This document shows positions 28,134-37,857 of a stretch of DNA of 64,000 bases, piece by piece; positions within the stretch are counted from its first letter, which is position 1, and every line of letters begins with the position of its first letter. The notes beneath the pieces are model-generated. The model searched no databases, had not been told where the DNA came from, and saw only the letters and a list, made by a program, of their open reading frames with translations. Origin of the DNA: Vicinamibacteria bacterium. GTDB taxonomy: Bacteria; Acidobacteriota; Vicinamibacteria; Marinacidobacterales; Marinacidobacteraceae. A program made the position numbers and the translations under genes. Where the stretch lies: NCBI GenBank assembly GCA_963668695.2, contig CAXXLQ010000004.1:704001-768000 (forward strand), written 5' to 3'.

Positions 28134-29750
28134 ATGAATCACCAACCGACGAACCGGCGGGAACGGATGCAGAAGAATCCGATGCTTCCGCTCGCAACTG
28201 CCCTCCTGCTCGCGCTCGCCGTGGGCTGCGGTGGCGGCGGCGACGACGCGTTTATGGAGCAGCCCTGTTCCGAAGACATGAGCCTCAACGAGTGCCTCAC
28301 CTTCCGCTCGGCTCAGTACGAACTGGACACCGAGCGAATCCCGCCGCCGGGCGGCATGGATCCGAACGGGTTCATCGAGCACGAGGCTTCGGGGTTCGCC
28401 AAGGTCCTGTGCTCGGCGGTTTTCCTCACCGGGCTCGATTTCGAGGCTGCCCAGCATCAGATCGGCGGCTTCACCGCCCGCTACCAGTACCGCGACCGGC
28501 TTCCGGGACGGGAAATCGACATGGAGAACCAGCGGGTTCACATCACCACCGACACCGGGGTGACCCGCACCGCGGTCCTCCACGGGGACCAGGGCTGCGT
28601 CACCCTGCCGAAGGGCGAGGACGCTCCGTTCTACGAGACGGTGCCGGTGACCTCCATGGTGAATCAGGATGACCCCTGGCCGATGGGCGATGTCCTGTCG
28701 GATGACCCGCTCCCCGAGGACGTGGACGCCGACCAGCTCGCGATGGCGGTGGACGCCGCCTTTGAGCCAGACGCGATGACCCTCGCCTTCGTGGTGCTCC
28801 ACCGCGGGCGGCTGATCGCCGAGCGCTACCGCGAGGAAGACGGAATCACCAAGGACACCCCGCTCGAGAGCTGGTCCATGAACAAGAGCCTCTCCGCCAC
28901 CCTGTTGGGCGTGCTCGTCCAGCAGGGCGTATACACACTCGACCAGTTGGCGCCGATTGATTCCTGGCACGCGGATCCGGACGACGTGCGCGGCACCATC
29001 CGCATCCGCGACATCCTGAACATGTCCAGCGGGCTTCGCTGCGCCAACGCCGGCGACCCCGAGTACGACGAAGCCACCATGGGCTACCCGGACCACCTCT
29101 ATCTCTACACCGGCACGGTGAACTCGCACATCTGGGCCACCGAGCGGCCGCCACAGTGGCCCCCGGGCACCATCGGCCGCTACCGCAACTGCGATCCGGT
29201 GCTCACCAACCACATCGTGCGGTTGGGCGTCGAGGGGCGTGACGAGAACTACCACCAGTTCCCCCAGAAGCACCTGTTCGACAAGATCGGCGCGGCCCGG
29301 TTCGTGGCCGAAGGCGACCCGTACGGAAACTTCCTGCTGAACGGCTACGGCTTCGGCGCCGGACGCACCTGGGCCCGGCTCGGCCAGCTCTACCTCGACA
29401 GCGGAGTCGCGCCGAACGGCGAGCGGGTGCTCTCGGAGGAATTCGTCGAGTTCGCGACCTCGGTGGCGCCCCCCTGGGAGGCCGACGGGCGGCCCATCTA
29501 CGGCGGGCTTATCTGGATCAACAACCCGCCGCAGGGCGGCGAGAAGCGATTCCCCGCGCTTCCCAACAGCACCTTCAGTTTCGCCGGCGCCGGCGGCCAG
29601 AGCACGATCATCGTGCCCGAGCACGAAATGGTGATCGCGCGGCTCGGGCTCTACGAGGGCTCGCTGGACGGAAGCGCGAACCGGGCGCTCCAGAGCGCGC
29701 TGGCCCTGCTCGTCGAAGCGGTTCCGAAGAAGATGGAAGCGGCTAACTGA
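28134..29750 (+). CDS. Serine hydrolase (beta-lactamase family) lipoprotein
   Basis: Lipobox LAVGC, SxxK motif (SMNK), LNMSSGL, YxN motif (YRN), AGGAG RBS. Confidence 0.85.
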   Translation: MNHQPTNRRERMQKNPMLPLATALLLALAVGCGGGGDDAFMEQPCSEDMSLNECLTFRSAQYELDTERIPPPGGMDPNGFIEHEASGFAKVLCSAVFLTGLDFEAAQHQIGGFTARYQYRDRLPGREIDMENQRVHITTDTGVTRTAVLHGDQGCVTLPKGEDAPFYETVPVTSMVNQDDPWPMGDVLSDDPLPEDVDADQLAMAVDAAFEPDAMTLAFVVLHRGRLIAERYREEDGITKDTPLESWSMNKSLSATLLGVLVQQGVYTLDQLAPIDSWHADPDDVRGTIRIRDILNMSSGLRCANAGDPEYDEATMGYPDHLYLYTGTVNSHIWATERPPQWPPGTIGRYRNCDPVLTNHIVRLGVEGRDENYHQFPQKHLFDKIGAARFVAEGDPYGNFLLNGYGFGAGRTWARLGQLYLDSGVAPNGERVLSEEFVEFATSVAPPWEADGRPIYGGLIWINNPPQGGEKRFPALPNSTFSFAGAGGQSTIIVPEHEMVIARLGLYEGSLDGSANRALQSALALLVEAVPKKMEAAN

Positions 29751-29755
29751 GCCAC

Positions 29756-30928
29756 ATGCGCCGACATCCCGTCTGGCTCGCGGCGGCGGGCCTCCTGATT
29801 GCCTTCACCGGCCCCGGTTGCACCGGGGCCGGCCCCGAATCCTCGGGTGATCGGGTCGCTCAGGCCCAGGGCGGGCCGCAGGCGCTCCCCCTGGAGCGAT
29901 TGTCGCTCCCTCCGGGGTTCGAGATCGGCGTCTGGGGACGGGTGCCCGGCGCCCGCTCGCTGGCCCGCGGCGAGAACGGGACGGTCTTCGTGGGCAGCCG
30001 CGAGGCGTCGGGCGGGGTGTACGCGCTCCGCGACAATGACGGCGACGGCGAGGCGGACGAACTCCACACCGTCGCCGAGGGCCTGTTCATGCCGAACGGG
30101 GTGGCGATGCGCGACGGCGACCTCTACGTCGCCGAGGTGAACCGCATTCTCCGTTTCGACGACGTCGAGTCGCGGCTCGACAACCCGGGGAAGCCGGCGG
30201 TGGTGACCGACGACCTGCCCAACATGCGTCATCACGGCTGGAAGTTCATTGATTTCGGTCCGGACGGCATGTTGTACGTGCCTGTCGGCGCACCCTGCAA
30301 TCGGTGCGATTCGGCGAACCCGCTCTTCGCCTCGATCGCCCGGATGCAGCCGGACGGGACCGGGATCGAAGTCGCCGCCCGCGGGGTCCGGATGTCGGTC
30401 GGCTTCGATTGGCACCCGGAAACGGGACACCTGTGGTTCACCGACAACAATCCCGACTGGCTCGGGGACGACAACCCGCCCGGCGAGATGAACATCCTCA
30501 CCGAGATCGGGCAGCACTTCGGATATCCCTACTGCCACGCCGGCGACCGGCCCGACCCGTGGTTCGCGCGGGATCGTTCCTGCGACGAGTTCGAGCCACC
30601 GACGCAGCAGCTCGGTCCGCACGTCGCCGCGATCGGGATGACGTTCTACCGGGGCGACCAGTTTCCCGAGGAGTACCGCGGCCAGGCGCTCGTCGCCGAG
30701 CACGGCTCGTGGAACCGGACCGAGCGCATCGGCTACCGGCTGACCCTGGTGCGGAACGAGAACGGCGTCGCCACCGCCTACGAGGACTTCGTCACCGGAT
30801 GGATCGGCGAGCCGGACGAGCGGCCCTGGGGCCGCCCGGTGGACATCCTCGAACTGCCCGGCGGAGACATCCTCGTCTCGGACGACCGCGCCGGCGCGAT
30901 CTACCGGATTTGGTACTCCGGCGGCTGA
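29756..30928 (+). CDS. Glucose/sorbosone dehydrogenase family beta-propeller protein
   Basis: LPPGFEI, HHGWKFIDFGPDG, GAPCNRC, HGSWNR, WGRPVD. Signal peptide present. Confidence 0.85.
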   Translation: MRRHPVWLAAAGLLIAFTGPGCTGAGPESSGDRVAQAQGGPQALPLERLSLPPGFEIGVWGRVPGARSLARGENGTVFVGSREASGGVYALRDNDGDGEADELHTVAEGLFMPNGVAMRDGDLYVAEVNRILRFDDVESRLDNPGKPAVVTDDLPNMRHHGWKFIDFGPDGMLYVPVGAPCNRCDSANPLFASIARMQPDGTGIEVAARGVRMSVGFDWHPETGHLWFTDNNPDWLGDDNPPGEMNILTEIGQHFGYPYCHAGDRPDPWFARDRSCDEFEPPTQQLGPHVAAIGMTFYRGDQFPEEYRGQALVAEHGSWNRTERIGYRLTLVRNENGVATAYEDFVTGWIGEPDERPWGRPVDILELPGGDILVSDDRAGAIYRIWYSGG

Positions 30929-32865
30929 TCGGTCTCGCGGCGCTGGTGGGGTTCACCGCCGCCGCCGCGGTCGGACAGGAACGGGAACCCGGGGAATGGC
31001 CGCACTACGCGGCGGACCTGTCCTCGACCCGCTACTCGCCACTCGACCAGATCCACGCCGGCAACGTGGACCAACTGGAGATCGTCTGGCGCTGGACTTC
31101 GCGCAACTTCGGGCCGCGGCCCGATCTCAACCTGCGCGCCACCCCGCTGATGCTGGACGGAGTGGTCTATGTCACCGCCGGGGCGCGGCGGGCGGCGGTG
31201 GCGATTGACGCCGCCACCGGGGAAACGCTCTGGACCTATCGTCTCGACGAGGGGAAGCGGGGAGAGTCGGCGCCCCGCGCCACTTCGGGACGCGGGGTGG
31301 CGTTTTGGAGCGACGGGGAGACGGCTCGGGTGTTCCTGGTCACTCCCGCCTACCGGCTGGTTTCGCTCGACGCGGAGACCGGCAGGCTGATTCCGGGTTT
31401 TGGCCTCGACGGCATGGTGGATCTCCGCCGCAACCTGGGAAGGGAGGTGGACCTCGAGACCGCTGCCATCGGTTCCGGATCGCCGCCGACGGTGGTTGGG
31501 GACGTGGTCGTCGTCGGAGCGGCGCTGGTGAGCGGCGGGGCGCCGCCGTCGCCCGAGAACTCTCCTTCGCCGGTGCGGGGGTACGACGCCCGCTCGGGAG
31601 AGCTTCTGTGGACCTTCCACCCGATTCCCCGGGAGGGAGAGTTCGGGAACGACACCTGGGAGGACGACAGTTGGCGATTCACCGGGAACGGCGGCGTCTG
31701 GTCCTGGATGAGCGCCGACCCCGAACTCGGGCTCGTCTATCTGCCCACCGAGGCCGGCACCGGGGACTACTACGGCGGCCACCGCCCCGGCGACAACCTC
31801 TTCACCCAGAGCGTCGTCGCCCTCGACGTGGCCACCGGCGAGCGCCGCTGGCACTACCAGACCGTCCACCACGGGATTTGGGACTACGACCTCCCGACGG
31901 GGCCGGTGCTTCTCGATTTGACGGTGGATGGGCGGGAAATCCCGGCGCTCGCCCAGGTCACCAAGCAGGCGTTCACCTTCGTACTCGACCGCCGCACCGG
32001 CGAACCGGTGTGGCCGATCGAGGAACGCCCCATGCCGGCTTCGGCGGTGCCGGATGAGCGCACCGCACCGACCCAGCCCTTTCCCACCAAGCCACCTCCC
32101 TTCCAGCGGCAGGGCGTCAGCGAAGACGACCTGCTCGACCTCACTCCGGAACTGAAGGAAGAGGCGCTCCGGATCGCGACGTTCTACACGCTCGGTCCCC
32201 TGTTCACTCCTCCGACGGTGATGGAGCCCCGGGGCAACCGGGGGACGCTGACGGTGCCGGGAGCGCTCGGCGGGGCTAACTGGCCGAGCGTGGCCGCCGA
32301 CCCCGAAACCGGCGTGGTCTACGTGTCGTCGGGTCTGGACGTGAACGTGCTCGGGCTCGAGAACGACCCGGAGCGTTCGACCATGAACTTCGTGCAGGGG
32401 CAGCGCCGCGACATTCGACTCCCCGAGGGGGGCGGCCCGCAGGGGCTGCCGCTGTTGAAGCCGCCCTGGGGACTCATCACCGCCCTCGACCTGAACCGCG
32501 GCGAAATCCTCTGGCAGATCCCGAACAGCGATACGCCCAAGTGGGTCCGGGAGCACCCGGCGCTCGCCGGGGTCGAGTTGGGCCGGACCGGCCAGTCCGA
32601 CCGGGGCGGGCTGCTGGTGACGAAGACGCTCCTGTTCGCCGGGGAGGGCTCCGGGATGTTCGCCGCGTTCGGCACCGGCGGGCCCATGTTCCGCGCCCAC
32701 GACAAGGCGACGGGGGAGATCCTCTGGGAGTTCGAGTTGCCGGCGAACCAGTCCGGCACTCCCATGAGTTACCTGGCGGACGGGCGGCAGTTCATCGTGG
32801 TCGCCGTAGGCGCTCCGGGCCACCCGGGAGAGTTCGTCGCCCTGGCCCTTCCAGAAAACGAATAG
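30910..32865 (+). CDS. PQQ-dependent quinoprotein (glucose dehydrogenase-like)
   Basis: RYSPLDQI, HHGIWDYD, WPIEERP, GGANW, KPPWG, PMSY..GRQF. TTG start inferred. Confidence 0.88.
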   Translation: MVLRRLIGLAALVGFTAAAAVGQEREPGEWPHYAADLSSTRYSPLDQIHAGNVDQLEIVWRWTSRNFGPRPDLNLRATPLMLDGVVYVTAGARRAAVAIDAATGETLWTYRLDEGKRGESAPRATSGRGVAFWSDGETARVFLVTPAYRLVSLDAETGRLIPGFGLDGMVDLRRNLGREVDLETAAIGSGSPPTVVGDVVVVGAALVSGGAPPSPENSPSPVRGYDARSGELLWTFHPIPREGEFGNDTWEDDSWRFTGNGGVWSWMSADPELGLVYLPTEAGTGDYYGGHRPGDNLFTQSVVALDVATGERRWHYQTVHHGIWDYDLPTGPVLLDLTVDGREIPALAQVTKQAFTFVLDRRTGEPVWPIEERPMPASAVPDERTAPTQPFPTKPPPFQRQGVSEDDLLDLTPELKEEALRIATFYTLGPLFTPPTVMEPRGNRGTLTVPGALGGANWPSVAADPETGVVYVSSGLDVNVLGLENDPERSTMNFVQGQRRDIRLPEGGGPQGLPLLKPPWGLITALDLNRGEILWQIPNSDTPKWVREHPALAGVELGRTGQSDRGGLLVTKTLLFAGEGSGMFAAFGTGGPMFRAHDKATGEILWEFELPANQSGTPMSYLADGRQFIVVAVGAPGHPGEFVALALPENE

Positions 32866-32877
32866 AGAGGACTCCCC

Positions 32878-33267
32878 ATGAAGACCGTGCTGGCCCAGCA
32901 CCGGGAAACGGCGCACGCGCTGCTGCGGATCGTGGGCGGCTTCTTGTTCCTCTGCCACGGGGTGGTGGCGGTCTACTTCCTGCTCGGCGAGGGAACCCCG
33001 TACTCGCCGGCGTGGCTCTACAACACCGCCGGGATCGTCGAGTTCGTCACCGGCGCGCTGGTCCTCGTCGGATATCGCACCCGGATCGCGGCGCTGCTCG
33101 CATCGGGGCAGATGGCGGTCGCCTACTTCTACCGCCACCAGCCCGACGGACTCTTGCCGATCCAGAACGACGGCGAACTGGCGGCGCTCTTCTGCTTCCT
33201 CTTCCTGTTCCTCGCCGCCGCCGGCCCCGGAAAGTGGAGCATCGAATCCTGCTGCCCGCCGCGCTAG
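32878..33267 (+). CDS. DoxX family membrane protein
   Basis: LLRIVGGFLFLCHG, TRIAALLASGQMAVAYF, GPGKWS. Confidence 0.88.
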   Translation: MKTVLAQHRETAHALLRIVGGFLFLCHGVVAVYFLLGEGTPYSPAWLYNTAGIVEFVTGALVLVGYRTRIAALLASGQMAVAYFYRHQPDGLLPIQNDGELAALFCFLFLFLAAAGPGKWSIESCCPPR

Positions 33268-33350
33268 GGAGCAGCGACCACAACATACTCTCGCCCCCAC
33301 TGGCGCTTGGCACGGAAACGGCGCGTCCCGACCGCCGACGCCTGGTTGGC

Positions 33351-34076
33351 CTAGTAGACCAGGTTCGCTCCAAAGTCCGGAATGCCCCCGGCGCGGGCGA
33401 TTCTGGTCCATTCGGTCAGACGACCTCTGTCCATTTCCCAGAACTGCCGGCAGTCCTCAAAGAATCGCACCACGGCCGCAATCTCTCCCTCCTCCAGCAG
33501 GTCCTTGGCCAGCGACATATTCGGACCGAACGAACTCCTTGTCGGAGAGCCCGGCGCCTTTCCGGCCAGACGCAAGTGCCTCTTGGCCGCGTCGATGTCG
33601 CCGTCGCGAACTGCGATTCGGCCAAACACCACATTGAGATCCTCGATCGCGTCTTCGCTCCCAAACTCTTGGTAGTACGGAGCGATCTCGGCGAGTTCTT
33701 GCGCATAGGCCCGCGCAAGCTCCAGCTCGCCCTGATCCACGAGGTCCTTGGCGGCGGGGCCCAGGTGCGCAAATCTCTCCCAGGGTGTCTGGGCGTGAGC
33801 GAGGGATTGCAGCGGGGAAAGAAAGTCGACCTCGGCTGCCAGAGGCCATTCCATCCCGGGGGAAGCGCCGCCCGCGGTTCCTCCCCGGCCGGCGGTCAAC
33901 CTGGCACCGCCCGCCGAGGCGCCGAACAGAGAGGCACCCCACGCCGCCGCCATGACGACAAACGCCGTCGCCAGAGCCCAAACAGCGTAGCGAAGGCGGC
34001 GCACTTGGGCATTCAGGGCGTCGGCACGGACCCGCGGCGCTTCCAGAGTGTCCGTTGAACCTCGGTTCGTTTCCAT
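33351..34076 (-). CDS. Hypothetical membrane-anchored TPR-like protein
   Basis: One TM segment followed by helical repeats (GRIAVRDGDIDAAKRHL, SFGPNMSLAKDLL). Confidence 0.6.
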   Translation of the reverse strand: METNRGSTDTLEAPRVRADALNAQVRRLRYAVWALATAFVVMAAAWGASLFGASAGGARLTAGRGGTAGGASPGMEWPLAAEVDFLSPLQSLAHAQTPWERFAHLGPAAKDLVDQGELELARAYAQELAEIAPYYQEFGSEDAIEDLNVVFGRIAVRDGDIDAAKRHLRLAGKAPGSPTRSSFGPNMSLAKDLLEEGEIAAVVRFFEDCRQFWEMDRGRLTEWTRIARAGGIPDFGANLVY

Positions 34077-34277
34077 CGCTGCACGCCGGCAAGCCGCAGC
34101 CTACCGTGACTTCCGTCGTGCATTGAGGAAATCCGGCGACGGGAGATAATCCCGCCGCGCAGGAGGGAAGCGATGCGGAAGAAAACGAATCGAGCGGGCC
34201 GCGAGAGCCGCGGGCGGTTCGGAATCCGAGCGCGACCGGACAGGATGGGCGGCAACCAGCCGGTGGGAAACCCGCCG

Positions 34278-34430
34278 GTGATCGCAGTGACCCAGCACGA
34301 TGCCGAGGCGCGTTTCCGGGCACTCGCCGCGCGCGCGGCGGTAAGCGACGGACTCGCGGCACGGGAACGCCTCGACCGGACGTTCGCTGCCGATGACGCA
34401 GAGGGCGCATCTTCGAAGGGGCCGGCATGA
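34278..34430 (+). pseudogene. Possible remnant (C-terminal half) of a ribbon-helix-helix/HicB-like antitoxin
   Basis: IAVTQHDAEARFRALAARAAVSDGLAARERLD resembles the C-terminus of small antitoxins (from recall). No N-terminal DNA-binding part or toxin partner is seen. Confidence 0.4.
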
Positions 34431-34996
34431 CCCGTGACGATGCCTGGGCGCAGCTGACCACCTGGTGCGAGACGGACTCGCTCCGCAAGCACGCGCGGGC
34501 GGTGGAAGTCGTGATGCGGGCCGCGGCGGGCCGTTACGGCGGCCCCGACGCGGACCCCGAGGTCTGGGGCGTCGCCGGAATGCTCCACGACGCCGACTAC
34601 GAGAAGTGGCCGGAGGACCATCCGCAACGCATCGTCGCCTGGCTGCGCGAGCGCGGCGAGGAGGAACTCGCCTACGCGATCTCCGGGCACTACACCAAGT
34701 GGGGCGTAGAGCTGAAGGCGCCGATGGACAGGGCGCTTCTCGCCTGCGACGAGCTCACCGGGTTCATCGTCGCGTGCTGCCTGGTCCGTCCCGAGGGGGT
34801 CTCCACTCTGGGCGCCCGAAGCGTCAAGAAGAAGCTGAAGGACAAGGCGTTCGCGGCAAAGGTGGAGCGCCACGAGTGCCGCGTCGGCGCCGAGTTGCTC
34901 GGAGTGGACCTCGGCGAACACATCGAGTTCATCGTGGGCGCTCTCCGTCCCCACGCCGACGAACTCGGGATCACCGGGCGCCGGCTCCATCCCTAA
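34427..34996 (+). CDS. HD domain protein
   Basis: SLRKHARAVE, GMLHDADYE, ACDELTG, KKKLKDKAFA. Confidence 0.88.
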   Translation: MTRDDAWAQLTTWCETDSLRKHARAVEVVMRAAAGRYGGPDADPEVWGVAGMLHDADYEKWPEDHPQRIVAWLRERGEEELAYAISGHYTKWGVELKAPMDRALLACDELTGFIVACCLVRPEGVSTLGARSVKKKLKDKAFAAKVERHECRVGAELLGVDLGEHIEFIVGALRPHADELGITGRRLHP

Positions 34997-35013
34997 TCCC
35001 GGGGAGGTAGGAA

Positions 35014-36021
35014 ATGTTGGGCAAGGCTCTGCGCCCCGCCATCGCGCTGGCTCTATTGGGGATTGCGGCCCCGGCCGCCCCCGAATCCCCAAAACCCCGT
35101 CGTCCCGTCCACACCTATTCCATCGTGGCCCGGGACCCTGCCACCGGCCAGCTCGGAGTGGCCGTTCAGAGTCACTGGTTTTCGGTCGGCTCCATCGTCT
35201 CCTGGGCGGAATCGGGGGTGGGGGCGGTAGCCACCCAGTCCTTCGTGGATCCCGCTTACGGGCCGAAGGGCCTCGAAGCCATGCGGAATGGGGAATCGGC
35301 GCCCGACGCGCTCGCAGCGCTGTTGGCGGCGGACGAAGGCCGTGAGGTTCGTCAGGTGGCGATGATCGACGCCCAGGGACGGGTGGACGCCTGGACCGGC
35401 GGCAACTGCATTCCCGCCGCCGGCCACCAGGTCGGCGAGAACTTCTCCGTGCAGGCGAACCTCATGGGGAGCGAATCGGTCTGGCCCGCCATGGCCCGGG
35501 CATTCGGAAACAGCGACGGCGATCTCGCCGAGAAGCTCCTCCGGGCGATGGAAGCGGCAGAGGCGGAAGGCGGGGACATCCGCGGCCGGCAGTCGGCGGC
35601 CATCCTGGTGGTCCGCGGGGAGCCGAGCGGCGAACCGTGGAACGACCGGCTGTTCGACCTGCGGGTGGATGACCACGAAAACCCGCTGGGGGAGCTACGC
35701 CGCCTCGTGACGCTCCAGCGGGCGTACCAGCACATGAACGCCGGGGATGTGGCGATGGAGGTGGGCGACCGCGAGGCCGCGCTTCGCGAGTACGGCGCGG
35801 CGGGGGCGCTGGTCCCCGATCACTACGAAATGACCTTCTGGCACGCGGTGGCGCTCGTGAACATGGAACAGGTGGAGGAAGCGCTCCCCCTCTTTGCGTT
35901 CGCGTTCAGTGACGAGAACGACTGGCGCGAACTCGTGCGCAGGCTTCCGGCGGTGGGTCTGCTGCCCGACGACCCCGCTCTCATCGAGCGCATCGTCGCG
36001 GTTCCGGCCGCCGGCCGTTGA
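35014..36021 (+). CDS. DUF1028 (Ntn-hydrolase-like) protein with C-terminal TPR
   Basis: Signal peptide, then TYSIVARDP..GVAVQS..GAVATQS..GGDIRGRQSAA..DLRVDDH. Confidence 0.88.
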   Translation: MLGKALRPAIALALLGIAAPAAPESPKPRRPVHTYSIVARDPATGQLGVAVQSHWFSVGSIVSWAESGVGAVATQSFVDPAYGPKGLEAMRNGESAPDALAALLAADEGREVRQVAMIDAQGRVDAWTGGNCIPAAGHQVGENFSVQANLMGSESVWPAMARAFGNSDGDLAEKLLRAMEAAEAEGGDIRGRQSAAILVVRGEPSGEPWNDRLFDLRVDDHENPLGELRRLVTLQRAYQHMNAGDVAMEVGDREAALREYGAAGALVPDHYEMTFWHAVALVNMEQVEEALPLFAFAFSDENDWRELVRRLPAVGLLPDDPALIERIVAVPAAGR

Positions 36022-36090
36022 CAATCTTCGGCACCCCTGAGCCGTTGCGGTCGGCTTTGCCCCGGCGTCGCGGCTATCCATCGCATCCTG

Positions 36091-36291
36091 AACAGCCTGT
36101 GGTGAAACCCAGGCGGCCCAGTTCTCCCGGTGGGGGCTCGGCCGGCGATCCATCCCGGCGGAACCGCGTCGCTGCGCGCCGCTCATCGTTGCGTTTCGGT
36201 CGAAATACACTGGGTATTCCTCCCTCACGCGCCTTGTCAGCCGGGCGCCTCACCGCCCTCGGCGCTCACCCGGGTTCCACCACAGACTGCT
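36091..36291. mobile_element. MITE-like family A, copy upstream of vapB
   Basis: AACAGCCTGTGGTGAAACCC ... GGGTTCCACCACAGACTGCT. Confidence 0.82.
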
Positions 36292-36333
36292 AACTACATA
36301 CGCACTACAATTGGGATCTGAAACGAGAGCGGC

Positions 36334-36633
36334 ATGGCGATCAACCTGACCCACCGGCCGGATCTTGAGGAACGGATCGAAAAGCTGGCTTCCCGCCTTG
36401 GCATGGACAGGCGGGGACGCAAGACCGCCGTGATCGAGAAGGCTCTCACGGCGCTTGAGCAACAGGCCCCCCGGATGAGCCCGGAGGCGATCCTTGCTTC
36501 GCTCCGAAAATACGAGGGTAGCGGGGCTCTCATCGCCGCCGAACTGGCTGACGACCCGGAACTGGATCACAGCAAACCAATGTCCCAGGCGCTCCAGGAT
36601 GTTCTCTATGACGAACATGGTCTGCCCAAGTGA
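36334..36633 (+). CDS. Type II antitoxin, VapB-like
   Basis: 99 aa, ends LYDEHGLPK, GTGA overlap with a PIN gene. Confidence 0.8.
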   Translation: MAINLTHRPDLEERIEKLASRLGMDRRGRKTAVIEKALTALEQQAPRMSPEAILASLRKYEGSGALIAAELADDPELDHSKPMSQALQDVLYDEHGLPK

Positions 36634-37031
36634 TCGTTCTGGACACATCGGCAATCCTCGCAATCCTCCAGGAAGAACCGGAACGCGACAGGTTTCAGTT
36701 AGCGATTGCTCGGGCTGGAAACGCGCTGATCTCGACGGGCACCATCATCGAACTGGCGGCCGTCGCAGGCCGGTCCTCTGTCCTGCGTAGCCGAGCGGAA
36801 AACTTCCTGAAGGAGCCGTTCGTGACTCAGGAACCGGTCACGGCTGCGCAAGCCGCGATGGCCGCCGACGCGTTCCAGGCGTGGGGGAAGGGCCACCACC
36901 CGGCAGCCCTGAACCTCGGCGACATGTTCGCCTACGTGCTGGCCCGCGAACGGGACCTGCCCCTGCTGTTCAAGGGGAACGATTTCGCGCGCACCGACGT
37001 GCGGAACGCGCTCGCGGAACCTTCGTCCTGA
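36630..37031 (+). CDS. Type II toxin, VapC/PIN domain
   Basis: IVLDTSAILAIL..EPE, LNLGDMFAY, LLFKGNDF..TD. Confidence 0.92.
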   Translation: MIVLDTSAILAILQEEPERDRFQLAIARAGNALISTGTIIELAAVAGRSSVLRSRAENFLKEPFVTQEPVTAAQAAMAADAFQAWGKGHHPAALNLGDMFAYVLARERDLPLLFKGNDFARTDVRNALAEPSS

Positions 37032-37048
37032 GGGGCGGGAGGACGCCG

Positions 37049-37537
37049 ATGAAGATGTTTCCATGGATCGCCGCCGTCACGGCGGCGGGCATTGCTCTTG
37101 GAGGGACAGCGATGACAAAGGGACAGCCGGCGGGAGACGACCCAGTTTCCCGGCACCTGGTGGCCGAAGCCATGCTCACCGCGCACTTCGTGAACGCCGC
37201 GCTCAAGGCAGGGATGGGCCGGGACGCGATCAACGCGGTACTGCGCCGCGTCGCGGACGAAACCGTCGTCACGGAATTCTGGGTCAGCGACGAAAACGGG
37301 GAGATCGCGTTCACCAATGTGGAAGGCGCCGACTTCGCGTTTCCCACCGATCCTGGAGCGGATTCGCAGGCGGCGCCGTTCGCCGCGCTGCTGACCGGCG
37401 ACCAGACCGTGGTGGTGCAAGAACCCGGTCCGCGGCTACTGGACGGCGCGGTCTTCCAGTACGCCGGCGTCGCCGGGGTGGATCAGCCCCGGATCGTGCA
37501 GGTGGGACTCGCGGCAGCGGAACCCGACCAGCGCTGA
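37049..37537 (+). CDS. Secreted stand-alone Cache-like sensor domain protein
   Basis: GGAGG RBS and signal peptide. EFWVSDENG..FQYAGVAGVDQPRIVQVG resembles extracytoplasmic chemoreceptor domains. Confidence 0.55.
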   Translation: MKMFPWIAAVTAAGIALGGTAMTKGQPAGDDPVSRHLVAEAMLTAHFVNAALKAGMGRDAINAVLRRVADETVVTEFWVSDENGEIAFTNVEGADFAFPTDPGADSQAAPFAALLTGDQTVVVQEPGPRLLDGAVFQYAGVAGVDQPRIVQVGLAAAEPDQR

Positions 37538-37857
37538 CGGCTCAGGAACTCGAGGGCCCGCCGGTCTCCGACCGGCATCGCCGCCCGACTGTCAAGCGAC
37601 AGGACGGCGACAGGCGCAACGCTTTCGCCCGGGGCAAGTGAGCCGGGAGCTGGGGGGATAGCGCCCGAGCTGGCCAGATAAGCCCCGAACTGGGGCCCGG
37701 CTTCAACGCGGTGCGGCGGCCGGAGGCCGCTGGTCTTCGGGAAAGCGCCACCTGAACGGGAACGCCGACCTCTGGCCGGTCCTCCCGATGGGGGCCGACA
37801 TCGCCGCGAGCAGCGCCAAACCGGCGTTCCCTCCCTTCTTCGGAAGCTGCTTTTCCT

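Noticed and set aside
25725-29750. The 1299-aa and 1260-aa overlapping ORFs as single giant proteins
   Set aside because: Each is a real gene (selD fusion or serine hydrolase) extended by the stop-free antisense frame of the other, which is typical of high-GC DNA.
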